From positions 66,557-130,556 of the IMG/VR virus record IMGVR_UViG_3300043331_000441: a stretch of 64,000 nucleotides of DNA; one strand, given 5' to 3'. Of the stretch, positions 1-11,341 are shown piece by piece. The notes under the pieces are model-generated. The model did not search any database, was not told the origin of the DNA, and saw nothing but the letters and a program-made list of their open reading frames with translations. The stretch's first letter is position 1. Each line of letters begins with the position of its first letter. This DNA comes from a virus. The translations under genes were made by a program, and so were the position numbers.

Positions 1-77
1 CCGAGGCCAAGCGCGGCCGTCGCCGCATCGACGGTCTGCTGATACCAAGCCCACCTCCGGTTCTCTTCTCCGGTCAT
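1..77 (-). CDS. partial ORF running off the window (MTGEENRRWAWYQQTVDAATAALGL...), possibly a holin or membrane protein
   Basis: ATG at 77 preceded by GAGG; open to the window edge; follows the lysin-like gene. Confidence 0.3.
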   Translation of the reverse strand, partial: MTGEENRRWAWYQQTVDAATAALGL

Positions 78-164
78 GCCTCATGTGTCACGCCTGGACC
101 CCCGCTGGCTTGGCAGTTGTGTGTCTGCGGCACGACTGATGGTACGTCGCAGGTCGGTCAGTCT

Positions 165-1445
165 CTACGTTCCCAGCTGGGCCAAATCCACCCAATTTGC
201 AGGGATCATGCCCTCAGACAGATAGACGCCGATCTGGCGTCCATAGTTGTCGAGTTCTGCGCTGCCGCCGCGATACACGCTCATGCTCGTGTCGTTCCAC
301 AGACCGATCGCTGGAGTCGCGTAATCGAATCCGTGCTGCTCAAGCGCTGCCCACATCATCTTCGAAATCGGGAAGTGGGCGCCGCCGTCTTGCACGTAGC
401 ACTCCACGGTGGCGTGGGTGCAGTACGGACGCATGCGTTCGTACTCAACCGTGGTCAGCTCGCCTTCTGGATGCTGGGTGGTCGGCGGGCGACGAGTGAA
501 CGTGTTGAACCCATACAGGGTCGTGAACACCGAGCGCGCGATGCCCTGCCCAACTCCGGCTTCGAAGTTGGCTATCGCCCGGTTGTACTCATCTGGCGTC
601 TCGATCTGCGGCATATACCCGTCTGCACGAGTGAGCGCGATCACTTCACCGTCATTTGGATGCGCGGACCCCCACAACACGACCTTCATGCCGAACTTGC
701 GCACACGACCAGGTGCATCCATGTTGAACAGCGGCTCGCCATTGGCGATCTGCAGACCGACCGTGGCGACCCCGGCTGCCTTCATCTTCTGCCACGCCGT
801 ATCGAGATCGCGGTAGTCGGAATCGTTGAGCGGGCCCCACGCCGTTGACATGAATGGCAGCGGCAACATCCAGGTGTTCGCAGGACCGGGCGGTTGGGGC
901 GGAGGAGGAGGCGGAGGCGGCGGCCCGAGCGGAACTGCCTGATTGATCTTTTTCAGATGCCCCCAGCACCACTGTGGGATCGATGCGGGAATGTTGGTTG
1001 GGCGAGGCGTAGCAGGGTTCGAGAACCGTTTGCGCTGCCATGCCGCCCAGTTGAGGAACGACCAGATGTACGGAGCGACAACAGACGGTTCTTTGGGAAT
1101 GTTCGGTGGGATCGGCTTCGGCTGGTTCTGGAAACGCCAGATCGCCCACGTAAGCACCCACGAATGGGGACAAGTTGTGGTACCCGGAATCTGGATTGGC
1201 GCTCGTGCGTTGACGCCATCCAGCACGGCATACGCCCATGCCTTGATCCCATCCGGCTTGGGAAACGTCGTCGGACGCGGCTGGGGGCGCCCCTTCCTGC
1301 GCCAGATGCACCAGTAGAGAACCTCGTCGGCGTAGGCAGGAACGTTCGCGGGAACAGAATCAGGCCGGTCGGCGAGCTTGCCTGAGTTGATCCGCCAGAC
1401 GATGTAGTCCTCAAGCCAGTCGTCAGGTGTGTCAGGCCAGGCCAC
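165..1445 (-). CDS. putative endolysin/cell-wall hydrolase: Trp/Pro-rich N-terminal repeats, poly-Pro linker, glycoside-hydrolase-like C-terminal domain
   Basis: ORF track 165..1508; start re-assigned to GTG 1445 (GAGG upstream, overlaps the preceding ORF). Repeats WxxWR..RP..VP..IP, PPPPPPPP linker, alternating beta/alpha C-terminal domain; located next to a membrane protein and an NlpC/P60 gene. Confidence 0.55.
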   Translation of the reverse strand: MAWPDTPDDWLEDYIVWRINSGKLADRPDSVPANVPAYADEVLYWCIWRRKGRPQPRPTTFPKPDGIKAWAYAVLDGVNARAPIQIPGTTTCPHSWVLTWAIWRFQNQPKPIPPNIPKEPSVVAPYIWSFLNWAAWQRKRFSNPATPRPTNIPASIPQWCWGHLKKINQAVPLGPPPPPPPPPQPPGPANTWMLPLPFMSTAWGPLNDSDYRDLDTAWQKMKAAGVATVGLQIANGEPLFNMDAPGRVRKFGMKVVLWGSAHPNDGEVIALTRADGYMPQIETPDEYNRAIANFEAGVGQGIARSVFTTLYGFNTFTRRPPTTQHPEGELTTVEYERMRPYCTHATVECYVQDGGAHFPISKMMWAALEQHGFDYATPAIGLWNDTSMSVYRGGSAELDNYGRQIGVYLSEGMIPANWVDLAQLGT

Positions 1446-1593
1446 TTCCCTCATCCTCTTCACATTCATGACGAGGGTCGTCCAGCAACTCCTCAGGCGT
1501 GATGCCAAGAAGTTCGGCAGCCTGCGCCAACATCTCCGGTGACAGTTCGGCGGCCGTTACTTCACGAGCTGCCTCCCAATCAATCTCACTCAT
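1432..1593 (-). CDS. small acidic hypothetical protein (53 aa, MSEIDWEAAREVTAAELSPEML...)
   Basis: Translated by hand; ATGA overlap with the upstream stop at 1590; below ORF-track size. Confidence 0.55.
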   Translation of the reverse strand: MSEIDWEAAREVTAAELSPEMLAQAAELLGITPEELLDDPRHECEEDEGSGLA

Positions 1594-1817
1594 TGCTCCT
1601 CCTCCACAGGCGTCTCCGCCGCAACTGCGGTCAGGTGACTAACCCAGATCGCGTAGATCGACATGAAGCCGATGAACCACAGCTCATTCTTCAGCAGCCA
1701 CCAGATCAGCGCGCCAGGGAAGATCCACAGGATCAGTAGCCAGAAGTTGATCGTCCGTCGATCTCGCGCCGAAAGCGATTCCGAGATCCAATCAGGCGGC
1801 CCATAAAGGAACCTCAC
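1590..1817 (-). CDS. small membrane protein, holin candidate
   Basis: 75 aa with two hydrophobic helices and an acidic C-terminus; GTGA-coupled; in the lysis region. Confidence 0.6.
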   Translation of the reverse strand: MRFLYGPPDWISESLSARDRRTINFWLLILWIFPGALIWWLLKNELWFIGFMSIYAIWVSHLTAVAAETPVEEEQ

Positions 1818-2656
1818 GGAACAAACCTGCGGATCGCTATCCTGTCATGTCTGTACGACGCGTCGAGCAGCTTGATTGGGTATGAGCCAAACGACCACAC
1901 ACGCCCACCGCCGAGATACAGCGCTTCATGCGAGGGATTGCCGCCGCGCCCGTAGAAGATCACATCGCCGAGCTTTGCGGAGGCAAGGTCTGGAATGTGC
2001 TGGCCAAAGAGAATCTGGACGTCGGTGTTCGTCCAGCGCCAGTCAACCTTGGGCAGGATGCCCGCCCAATGACAGCCACCTGCGATCGAGCCGGAACAGT
2101 CTGCGCGCGTTATCGACTCAGGGCGCCCCAGCTGCGAGGGGCGGTACTGGGAGTACGCGATTGCCCCTCGTCTGTTGTAGAGCGCCGTGTGCCACGCGAG
2201 CTGGCGTTGGATCATCGTGTTCAGCTTCGGCGTGATCAGTGAGATCGCGAGACTGTCGAACCACGGAGCAAGCTTCCTCCAGGCAGCCTCGTCATAGACA
2301 GTGGGCGTCAACGGCAGTCCCAAGCGACGCCGTGTCTCGCGGAAGTCTCTCGTGAACGAACCGGGTCCGGTGTACTGCGACCATGTACGCCGCACTGACT
2401 TCGGCTTGGCCATTAGCATCGCGAGTCGCCCGCCACCGCGAAATCGAGCGTGTGCGCGCTTCAGTGCATAGACCTTGTCTCCCTCGCTACCGGGTTCGCA
2501 GTATCGAAAGGGAACGACCAGGGAACCACTACCGATGGCGGTAAGAAACCGAACCTCTGGGGCCTCCGGCCGCTCCTTTACCGGGATGCTGTCGTCGCCG
2601 TCTTCGAGCGGTGGTTCATCGAGCGGCGCATTGTGGAAATTGTCGTAGACGTCCAT
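1814..2656 (-). CDS. NlpC/P60 cysteine peptidase (endolysin or tail-associated peptidoglycan hydrolase)
   Basis: ADCSG...GDVIFYG...HEALYLGGG...SFG catalytic motifs; ATG 2656 overlaps the upstream TAA. Confidence 0.78.
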   Translation of the reverse strand: MDVYDNFHNAPLDEPPLEDGDDSIPVKERPEAPEVRFLTAIGSGSLVVPFRYCEPGSEGDKVYALKRAHARFRGGGRLAMLMAKPKSVRRTWSQYTGPGSFTRDFRETRRRLGLPLTPTVYDEAAWRKLAPWFDSLAISLITPKLNTMIQRQLAWHTALYNRRGAIAYSQYRPSQLGRPESITRADCSGSIAGGCHWAGILPKVDWRWTNTDVQILFGQHIPDLASAKLGDVIFYGRGGNPSHEALYLGGGRVWSFGSYPIKLLDASYRHDRIAIRRFVP

Positions 2657-3147
2657 TAGACAGCAGCAATCCATCCACCCGATGGGTCAACAACGAGGGA
2701 GTTGACACCATCAGGAACAAGCGGAATGCCACCAGCAGTACGCAGTTCATGCGCAGTGATCGGGACGATATTTGCGTCTGTCCCAGCCGTGGTGTCAGAG
2801 TCGTAGCCCCAGATACCGATATCCCACGTATCGCCTGCCGACACGCCAGCAAACGTCTGCAACGGCAGAGTCAGCAGGATCCGGTTGTTCGTGTCGTCGA
2901 CCGTGTAGGCCGAAAGAGAAGCGTCAGTCAGTGTCTTGCGCGCATAGCCGGTGTTCGTGACCTCTGTGTATCCACCAGCGAGGATCGCCGCGAAGGTATC
3001 GAAGTCGGCGAGACCGTTGATCCCAGCCACGCTCCCCGACGCGATGATCATCAGGATCAACGCGCTGTTTGTAGGGTCATTACCGTCTACGCGCGCGTAT
3101 AGCTCGACCTCCCTACCTTTCGAGACATTGAACTGGACCGAAGCGAT
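2656..3147 (-). CDS. conserved actinophage virion/minor tail protein with a probable non-canonical ATC start
   Basis: Frame is open from 3147 (IASVQFNVSKGREVELYARVDGNDPTNSALIL...GYARKTLT) past the track start 3060; in-frame TGA lies just upstream; GGGGTG SD-like sequence precedes the ATC. Confidence 0.7.
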   Translation of the reverse strand: MASVQFNVSKGREVELYARVDGNDPTNSALILMIIASGSVAGINGLADFDTFAAILAGGYTEVTNTGYARKTLTDASLSAYTVDDTNNRILLTLPLQTFAGVSAGDTWDIGIWGYDSDTTAGTDANIVPITAHELRTAGGIPLVPDGVNSLVVDPSGGWIAAV

Positions 3148-3159
3148 GTCAGATCACCC

Positions 3160-3318
3160 CTATTTCGTCGGCGGCAAATCAGTGACCGCGGTCTGTGTCC
3201 CGGAGACAATCGCGCAGACCGGGTCGTAAACGACAGCGACGGCCTTGATCAGAGGTGGCGTGGCAACCTGAGTTGCGCCCCCGGAACAAACGGGGTCGTA
3301 AACGACGCCGCGGCTCAT
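3160..3318 (-). CDS. 52-aa peptide with a duplicated VVYDPVC motif
   Basis: Translated by hand: MSRGVVYDPVCSGG...AVVYDPVCAIVSG...; fills the gap between neighbouring genes. Confidence 0.5.
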   Translation of the reverse strand: MSRGVVYDPVCSGGATQVATPPLIKAVAVVYDPVCAIVSGTQTAVTDLPPTK

Positions 3319-3337
3319 GGCCCTAGAGTCTAGGGCC
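3319..3337. promoter_or_regulatory. perfect 8-bp hairpin abutting the start codon of the 3160..3318 ORF
   Basis: GGCCCTAG-AGT-CTAGGGCC. Confidence 0.35.
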
Positions 3338-3348
3338 GGAGGCGGACA

Positions 3349-3696
3349 CTAACGTGGCTGATTGAGCCAGTAGTAGAACCCTGACACGAATTGCGCAAGG
3401 TCGGTCTCTAGGCCGGTGAAGCCATCGAGTGTGACTTCGGTACGGAGATCACCACCGTCAAGGGCGCATGAGACGACGCTCCCGTCTTCGTCTAACTGAT
3501 CAGCCCACCAGTAGACGCGGCTGCCAAACACGTACGCAAGGTAATCGTTGCCGAATCCGTAACTCAGCCTAAGCGGCGATATCTGCGCTGCACCGCCACC
3601 ACCAGCATCGATTGTCCACAGGCTGTACTTGGGGTCCTTAGGAACGTCTCGGCGGGGCCAATCGAGTAGCGGCAGGTTGACCACTAGATTCCCCAC
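3349..3696 (-). CDS. hypothetical virion-associated protein (beta-rich)
   Basis: 115-aa ORF co-oriented and overlapping within the tail operon. Confidence 0.6.
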   Translation of the reverse strand: MGNLVVNLPLLDWPRRDVPKDPKYSLWTIDAGGGGAAQISPLRLSYGFGNDYLAYVFGSRVYWWADQLDEDGSVVSCALDGGDLRTEVTLDGFTGLETDLAQFVSGFYYWLNQPR

Positions 3697-4469
3697 TTCG
3701 ACATCAGGTAACTCACGACGGTGGGGGCGTCGGTCGTGGAGAGCGTCGAGCCGAAGATCATGATCTCACCGATGAACCAGCGGGTGTAATCATTATTGCC
3801 GAACGAGTTGCCATTCATGCCGATACGGGTGGTGCGGCTGGCGGACGGAGTACCGAGCGTGCCCGAGTAGCTGTTGTTGTTGTAGTAAAGGGTGGAGGAT
3901 GCACCGCCGGTTGAGCGGTATCCGGCGACAAACGGGATTCCTTTGATGAATACGCCATTTCCAGTTGAGATAGAGTACGAGCCAATCTCGGAGTTATAGA
4001 CATCAACGCTGCCACCGTTGCCAACATGAAATTGCGTGCCGCCTGTGCCGCCTTGTTGGCCGATCAGGGTGGGAAAGGTGGAGTAGTCAAAGAGACAACC
4101 GACAACAAAGGCTGAATCTGTTGCGTCCGAACGTGATGCATTCGATGTGAGATAGCTTCCCGTCCAGGCGAACGATAGGTAGGGCATCATGTTTTTCTTT
4201 GTGCCACCAGGGATGCGGGCGAGTGGGACAGCCCCGGCGCTGATAGAAAGCGCGTTGCCTGCACCAGAAAGATCAGTTATCGATGACACTGTGTTATCGG
4301 CGGTGAAAGTGATCGAGCCTATGTTGGATGGGTCCCACCACGCCACGTCAGGGGTTACGGGTGGACGAGGGGCGCCGATCTGCCCGAAAGCCAGTCCGGG
4401 AGAGATATCGCGGTTTCCGGCGACCTTGGTGAGCCTACGACCGGCGATCAGTTGCTTCTCGGTGAGCAT
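3684..4469 (-). CDS. LamG/concanavalin-A-like minor tail protein
   Basis: WWDPS..ITF...VSS..DLSG.GN motif and C-terminal IGEIMIF..LS...VVSYL..KWGI; ATG 4469 overlaps the upstream TAA. Confidence 0.72.
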   Translation of the reverse strand: MLTEKQLIAGRRLTKVAGNRDISPGLAFGQIGAPRPPVTPDVAWWDPSNIGSITFTADNTVSSITDLSGAGNALSISAGAVPLARIPGGTKKNMMPYLSFAWTGSYLTSNASRSDATDSAFVVGCLFDYSTFPTLIGQQGGTGGTQFHVGNGGSVDVYNSEIGSYSISTGNGVFIKGIPFVAGYRSTGGASSTLYYNNNSYSGTLGTPSASRTTRIGMNGNSFGNNDYTRWFIGEIMIFGSTLSTTDAPTVVSYLMSKWGI

Positions 4470-4827
4470 TAGGCTCGCGCCTGGACTACTTCGCCCTTGA
4501 TCACGATCTTGTCTACGACTTCTGCCGACGCGACAATCGCGAGGTTGTTCCGCAGAATGCGACCGGCCTCGATTAGTACCCACCCGGCCTTTGATGGGAT
4601 TGTCTGACGGGTCACATCGTCAGGGATCGTCGTGCCGCCCCAGCCAATCTCGACCCACCGGTCAGCCGTGTCGTCGTTGTACGCCCACAGCGTGACGATG
4701 TCACGATCCGTAGTCGAATTGACTGCCGTGTGGATAGCTGTGTCCGAGCCGTCGATCGGCCCTGCGGTCGTGACCTTGATTCCACGGCCATGCGTCGAGC
4801 CGGAGAGCGGCTGCTTGCTGTACGTGC

Positions 4828-4831
<4 letters not shown>
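4469..4831 (-). CDS. small beta-sandwich virion protein
   Basis: 120 aa, ATGA-coupled; pattern ...LWAYN...IP...LRN..AIVASA..V..I.G resembles the repeated ~100-aa module in this window. Confidence 0.68.
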
Positions 4832-5970
<1,139 letters not shown>

Positions 5971-5971
<1 letters not shown>

Positions 5972-8496
5972 CAGGGGAACTTTATACTGCCAAACGTAAG
6001 AATTGGTCCGGGCTCCCACGGGATGTAGGGATCAGGATCAAAGGGAATCACCCACAGTGTCGGCACATACTCGTTGGTGACCGGATGATTTGTGTCACAG
6101 AGTGAGTAGACGACGTTGCCCTTGGCGTACGTCTTATGCATCGATCCATTATCCAGCCACAGACCGGTGCTGTTGTTACGACGACTTGCCCAACACGCTC
6201 CACCGCCTGTGCCGTCTTCTGCAACACGTTTGATCATCCACGACCCATCACCGCTCCAGGAATTGGAATCGATCGTCAACCAGATCGATCCATCTGTGGT
6301 CGCGACTACATCACAGCCACTCGGATCAATCCACAACCCAACCTCTGAGTCGAAGGGACGAACGGTTGGGTATGTGATCAACCCACCCACTGGGTTGACC
6401 TTGGTGATATAGACGCCGTAGTCCAGTGATAGTCCATTACCGTGCGCAGATGCCAAGATTGGTGTCTCACCGTCATCGACAAACGAGAATCCTTGCTGCC
6501 AGTGCAGAATGGTTGGATCGCCCGGGGGATCATAGAGATCTGCAAAGTTAAAGTGTTGGTTGGCCCAACTCCCAGGGGCGCCCCCGTACTCCCACAACCA
6601 CCACTCAAAGTGCGGCACGCCGGGATCGTGTGTAGTGGTTACGCCGTAATACGTACAATACGCGACTGTGGGATTTTCCCCAGGGCCATCTGACTGACAG
6701 AACGTCAGATCAACCTGGACGCATGTATAAAAGTCAACAACCGCGAGGTCGTTGGCGTCTCTATCGGCATTCGCGTGCGGATTGATCGGTTCCGGGATTT
6801 GCGCATCGACCCATGCGGAACCATTCCAGTAAAACGCAAACGGCATCTGCGCTTCAAAGAGCGGGCGACTTACATCGGGATCGTTCTGACAGAACGTGAT
6901 CCAAGGAACACCAAGCGGTGAACATTTGATTTGTGGTGCTGATGCGTTCGGGCTTCCGGCTGACGCCGCAAAGGTAGAAGCGGATTTGCCGACGATCTCC
7001 CCGCCTAGATCAGACCAGGATGCGCCTCCGACGTCGTACTTGCGGACGTGGATTGCCCAGTCTGCGTCACCGATAGCCATGTAGTCGCCCTTGTTTTCCC
7101 CGTAGGCGATAAAAAGATCAGTTCCGTCAGTATCCATGGAGAGAGACATGATGGTTCCCGCCCCAGTACTGGCGAAGACAAACGGGAATGACCCATCGCC
7201 ACCAACACCAAAAGGATTGTCGCTTACCAATGACCACGTCGTCCCATTCCACTTATGGATCGCGGCGCGAAGATCACCAGTGTCACCAGGACTAATCGAC
7301 TCGAAGAAAATAATGTAAACATCTCCGTTGTCAGTAACACATAGATCTTTTTGCCATGTGTGAGACCCAGTCGATTCGTGTAGGAAGTTTGCTGGCGTAT
7401 CGACATCTGGCCAGCCAACCGGGAGATCGGGAATCTCCAAAAGCTGGATGGGATCGCCAGGACGCCCCCCGGTCTCCTCCTTGTACCAGCGTAGGTCTTC
7501 GAAGATCGTGATATCGCCGCCGCTGCCGTGTGTCCCACTCGCGTAATACGCTGTAAATGAGAACTCAAACTCGTCCGCAGCAAGAACTGGCATAAGCCAC
7601 GGCCCATCGTAATCAGATACACGCGGTGGATCACTGGTCTGATCTGTGAGTTCGATCCATTCATATGTCGTGCCCACAGATGGTATTTGGGTAGTTGTGA
7701 GTGGAAAACCGTTTCGTCTGATCTGGCAGAAGAAGAATTCCCCGGGAAGCGTTGCGCTCTTGAGGCGCGCGAAGAGACGCCAACGTCCAGGGCTTGGAAG
7801 ATCTGCACCAGAGATTGTGAACGTTGGGACAACGTCGGTGATATTGGGAAAATCAGAATATGGAAGCGGAGTTGAGTAGGTATCGAAGTTGTCGGCATCG
7901 TTGATGTAGTCGGCCCCAACAGTGACGGTCGCCTTGCCTCCATTAGCTCCGGCAAGAATATTGGTGATCGTTGGAGCGGCCGGAGTCAGTGTGTACGTGA
8001 GATCAAGAGAACCTTCTTCAACACCGTTGTAGTCGGCGACGATGATGTACCAGACCCCAGTCTGGGACATGTCAGTAAGAAAACTGCCTGTCTCATCTCT
8101 GCTGCTGCCATAGAACTCACGCAGCACCGGAGGCGGCGTCTCGGTACCGTCCCCAAGGCCGCTACCTCCACCTGCGTATTGCAGCTTCGTAAAATCAGGT
8201 GTAGTCGGGTCCCATGTGTTGTCGTCTACCTTGAGGACGTCGACGTATGGAAAAAAGCTCGCGCTGCCCCCCGTCTTTGTGACACTCAGATCCAGGGAGA
8301 CGTTGTAGCCACCAGCAAATGTGCCCTCTAGATATGCGCTGAGGTCGAACTTCAGCCAAACCGTTGCCGCATATCCCCCCAAAGACACGAGTTCGTTTGT
8401 CTCGTTCCCCGCCCCAACAATCGAGAGCGACACAGAATGCGGGGCAGCATCTTGCTGCAACGCAAGCGCGTCCTGAATGTTGTCATATAAGGCCAT
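5971..8496 (-). CDS. large acidic beta-rich (propeller-like) tail/virion protein, paralog A
   Basis: 841 aa; N-terminus LYDNIQDALAL shared with 8523..11108; Trp/Asp/Gly-rich blade-like motifs. Confidence 0.7.
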
Positions 8497-8522
8497 TTAC
8501 GGGACGCCCCTGACCACCGTTC

Positions 8523-11108
8523 TCACGGCCTCTTAATGTCCCCGTAGACGAATTGGATGCATGACACATATGGCATCTTCAGTACAAAGATGCCATCCGC
8601 GAATTGACCTGATCCACCGTCGTCTAATTGGGTATCAGCACACCACGCTGTGTAGGCAAAATCTCCCACGATCTTGATCGGATTGTTCGTCGTAGAGAAC
8701 TGATACATAACCCAACGATTAGTTCGGTTGGCCCCATCTTCGGTTGCGGTTTCCATTATTGCTGGAACACCGGCCATCGCGAAACCAAGACTGAATCCGG
8801 GACTGGACTTGAGAATCTTCGGCTCGTAGTTGACGAGACTAGAGATTGATTCTGACCACATCGCTCTATAGATCTCGCCGTCTGGGCCCATTGCAGATGA
8901 ATTGCGCGACTGCCGCCATGGACCGGCGGACTTGCCTGGAAAATCTGGGTTGTATAGCTCCCATTGTGTGCCGCCGTCGTTCATCACCCAGACATCCCAG
9001 ATCTCATCATCTGAATTGAAACTTTGCAGCAGGTCACCGGCGAGAACGAGTTTCCCGAGCGTCTCATTCCAGAAAAGATCATGGTCAATTAATAGTCGTG
9101 ACCAGAGGAAATTGGGGTCGGGTGCTGTGGTGAACCATTGGAGGCGATCGTTCCCTTCGATCGAGACCCAGTCAGTGATAATTTCGTCATGCCATCCTGT
9201 CCCGACTGTGTAACTGATCGTCTCGGTTGGGTATTCGTTCGCCGCGCGAAAATAGGTATAGACAAGCGTGAATCCATCAGTGACAAGGCCTTCGCCAGAC
9301 CGGGCCGCAACCATCGCGCTGAGGCGATCGTAGAACCCGTTCTCCCCCGATACCTCGTAGACCCCACCGACAATGTCAGGATCGTTGGGGTCTGGGCAGT
9401 TGAGGTCTGTCCAGTTAGTTCCATTCCACCGCCAGACGGTCATGCGCCGGTCGTTGCCGGGTGACGAGACATCAAGCGTTTCCACAGCGGCGACGTAAAC
9501 GTCCCCATTGCCTGGTGCAAGAATTTCGGGAGCTAGAACCGAAAGATCGTAGTTCCTCGTTTGGTTCGTGATCCCATACTTGTTCTGCCCCGTTCCCAGT
9601 TCTGTTACTGAATCATCAGAGGTATCGAGCGCGAAGCAATGCCATTTGAAGAGTGTTTTGTCTGGAACTCCAGGAATGAATGTATCCCATTCCCAGAACG
9701 CGAAGTACACGAAGCCGTCGGCCTCTGACGCTTTCGCACTAACACCCCATCCGACTTCCCTAAATGCAGTCGGAGGTGTGTTGACATTCAGAGTTGCGAC
9801 TTGTGTCCAGTCGTCCGTATTCGGGTCGTATTTCTTGACCCCGACCCATTCAAGGTTTGACGACTCGTCGTGGACGATTATGTAGACCGTGCCATCAGCG
9901 AGCGCGGCGATATCAAAATCAGCCCAATTGATCCCCCATGCGAAATCACCTTCATCGTACGGCGTAATGCCCTGATCGGCCCAGATCTCGTCGAGTACGA
10001 ACTTCTGCCCGCCCCAACCATTAGGACTTCCCCACACGTCCCCTAGTGGCGTTGCTGGGAATGCCAATGATGGCGTGCAGGCCGATGACGTGGGGGCGCC
10101 CGTGTCGCGGGTGAAGCACACTTGCCTGACGTCATAGGGAACAAGTGAAAACGGACTGGACGACAACTGCGCATCACTAACGGTGAGAATCTCGATTTCA
10201 TCACCGGGCTGAAGAGGAATCCATGTGCCAGTGAACTCATCGTCGTTCGTAACCCATGTAGCGCCATCCAAGCCGTCGTAGGCGGAGAATGTGAAATCAG
10301 AATCGTCGTCTGGTGCTAGCGTCCCTGCCCCAAGAAACATGCGCCCATTGACGCGAGCGAGAACTCGGATCGACCCATTGTTCGCTGCGTTTACCGACAT
10401 CTTCCCCGTAACAGACATCGTGTACTGCCCCGCTACTCCGGCCCAGGTAAACGTGAGCGTCGGCTCTTGCCCGTCTATTGGATAGTTGCCATTCGGCCAT
10501 TGATCCCATGCTTCGCGCACGTAATTGGTATCGACGACGCTGGCGGTCGTGCTACTGGGGTTGATGATGTCGATAGCGTCGAAGCAGACTGGTTCTGCGT
10601 CGATCGTGACAGTGACGTCGGCCGCGCCATACGTCGCAAAATCCCAATCGGTTAGGAAGAAGTAGAAGACGCCATTATCACTTCTAAAGTCACCACCAGA
10701 TGTGTTGGCCCCATTAAGTCCGCCACACAATAGAAATGTGTCTGCTGGTGGGTCTGTGGTGCCGTCTCCGATGAAGCGACTATTGAGGTCTTTCAGCTTT
10801 GAAAAATCGGGACTGGTCGGGTCAAAAGTTGCATCCGTGACCTTATATACGTTTACATAAGGATGGAAATTGGCGTCCCCTCCGGTGCGTACAGCATCAA
10901 GTGTTACTTCGACGTTTGGATTGACCCCGTCGATCGCTACGGGGTAGCCGCTGAGGTCGATCTTCGCCCAAACGCCTTCCCATCCTTCGCCAAATGTAGA
11001 TTCGTTGCCCTCGAACGTCGCACCAGTGGTGTCTAACGCCAGCGTGTGTGGAAGCCCGTCCTGCGTAAGGGCCAGGGCGTCCTGGATGTTGTCGTGGAGC
11101 GGTGGCAC
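8523..11108 (-). CDS. large acidic beta-rich (propeller-like) tail/virion protein, paralog B
   Basis: 861 aa; LHDNIQDALAL...TFDPTSPDFSKL matches paralog A TWDPTTPDFTKL. Confidence 0.7.
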   Translation of the reverse strand: MPPLHDNIQDALALTQDGLPHTLALDTTGATFEGNESTFGEGWEGVWAKIDLSGYPVAIDGVNPNVEVTLDAVRTGGDANFHPYVNVYKVTDATFDPTSPDFSKLKDLNSRFIGDGTTDPPADTFLLCGGLNGANTSGGDFRSDNGVFYFFLTDWDFATYGAADVTVTIDAEPVCFDAIDIINPSSTTASVVDTNYVREAWDQWPNGNYPIDGQEPTLTFTWAGVAGQYTMSVTGKMSVNAANNGSIRVLARVNGRMFLGAGTLAPDDDSDFTFSAYDGLDGATWVTNDDEFTGTWIPLQPGDEIEILTVSDAQLSSSPFSLVPYDVRQVCFTRDTGAPTSSACTPSLAFPATPLGDVWGSPNGWGGQKFVLDEIWADQGITPYDEGDFAWGINWADFDIAALADGTVYIIVHDESSNLEWVGVKKYDPNTDDWTQVATLNVNTPPTAFREVGWGVSAKASEADGFVYFAFWEWDTFIPGVPDKTLFKWHCFALDTSDDSVTELGTGQNKYGITNQTRNYDLSVLAPEILAPGNGDVYVAAVETLDVSSPGNDRRMTVWRWNGTNWTDLNCPDPNDPDIVGGVYEVSGENGFYDRLSAMVAARSGEGLVTDGFTLVYTYFRAANEYPTETISYTVGTGWHDEIITDWVSIEGNDRLQWFTTAPDPNFLWSRLLIDHDLFWNETLGKLVLAGDLLQSFNSDDEIWDVWVMNDGGTQWELYNPDFPGKSAGPWRQSRNSSAMGPDGEIYRAMWSESISSLVNYEPKILKSSPGFSLGFAMAGVPAIMETATEDGANRTNRWVMYQFSTTNNPIKIVGDFAYTAWCADTQLDDGGSGQFADGIFVLKMPYVSCIQFVYGDIKRP

Positions 11109-11341
11109 TACTCCTCGTAGAGTCCTGAGTAGAACCGTCTCAGGCTACGAGTGCTTCCGATGAGGCCCTGGCGCGCCTGAGACGTTCCCTGGCGCGCCTC
11201 AAGTTCCCCAGTGATCTGAAGAAGAAGAACCTCTAGTTCCTCAGTTTCCATGCTCTTCAGAGAATTCTTCTGTTTAAACGCAAACGCGATCTTGTCTTTT
11301 ATCTTCTGCGTTTCTTCCTTGGACTTTCGTTCTCGTCTCAT
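11108..11341 (-). CDS. small basic/helical hypothetical protein
   Basis: ATGA overlap at 11341; 77 aa. Confidence 0.5.
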   Translation of the reverse strand: MRRERKSKEETQKIKDKIAFAFKQKNSLKSMETEELEVLLLQITGELEARQGTSQARQGLIGSTRSLRRFYSGLYEE

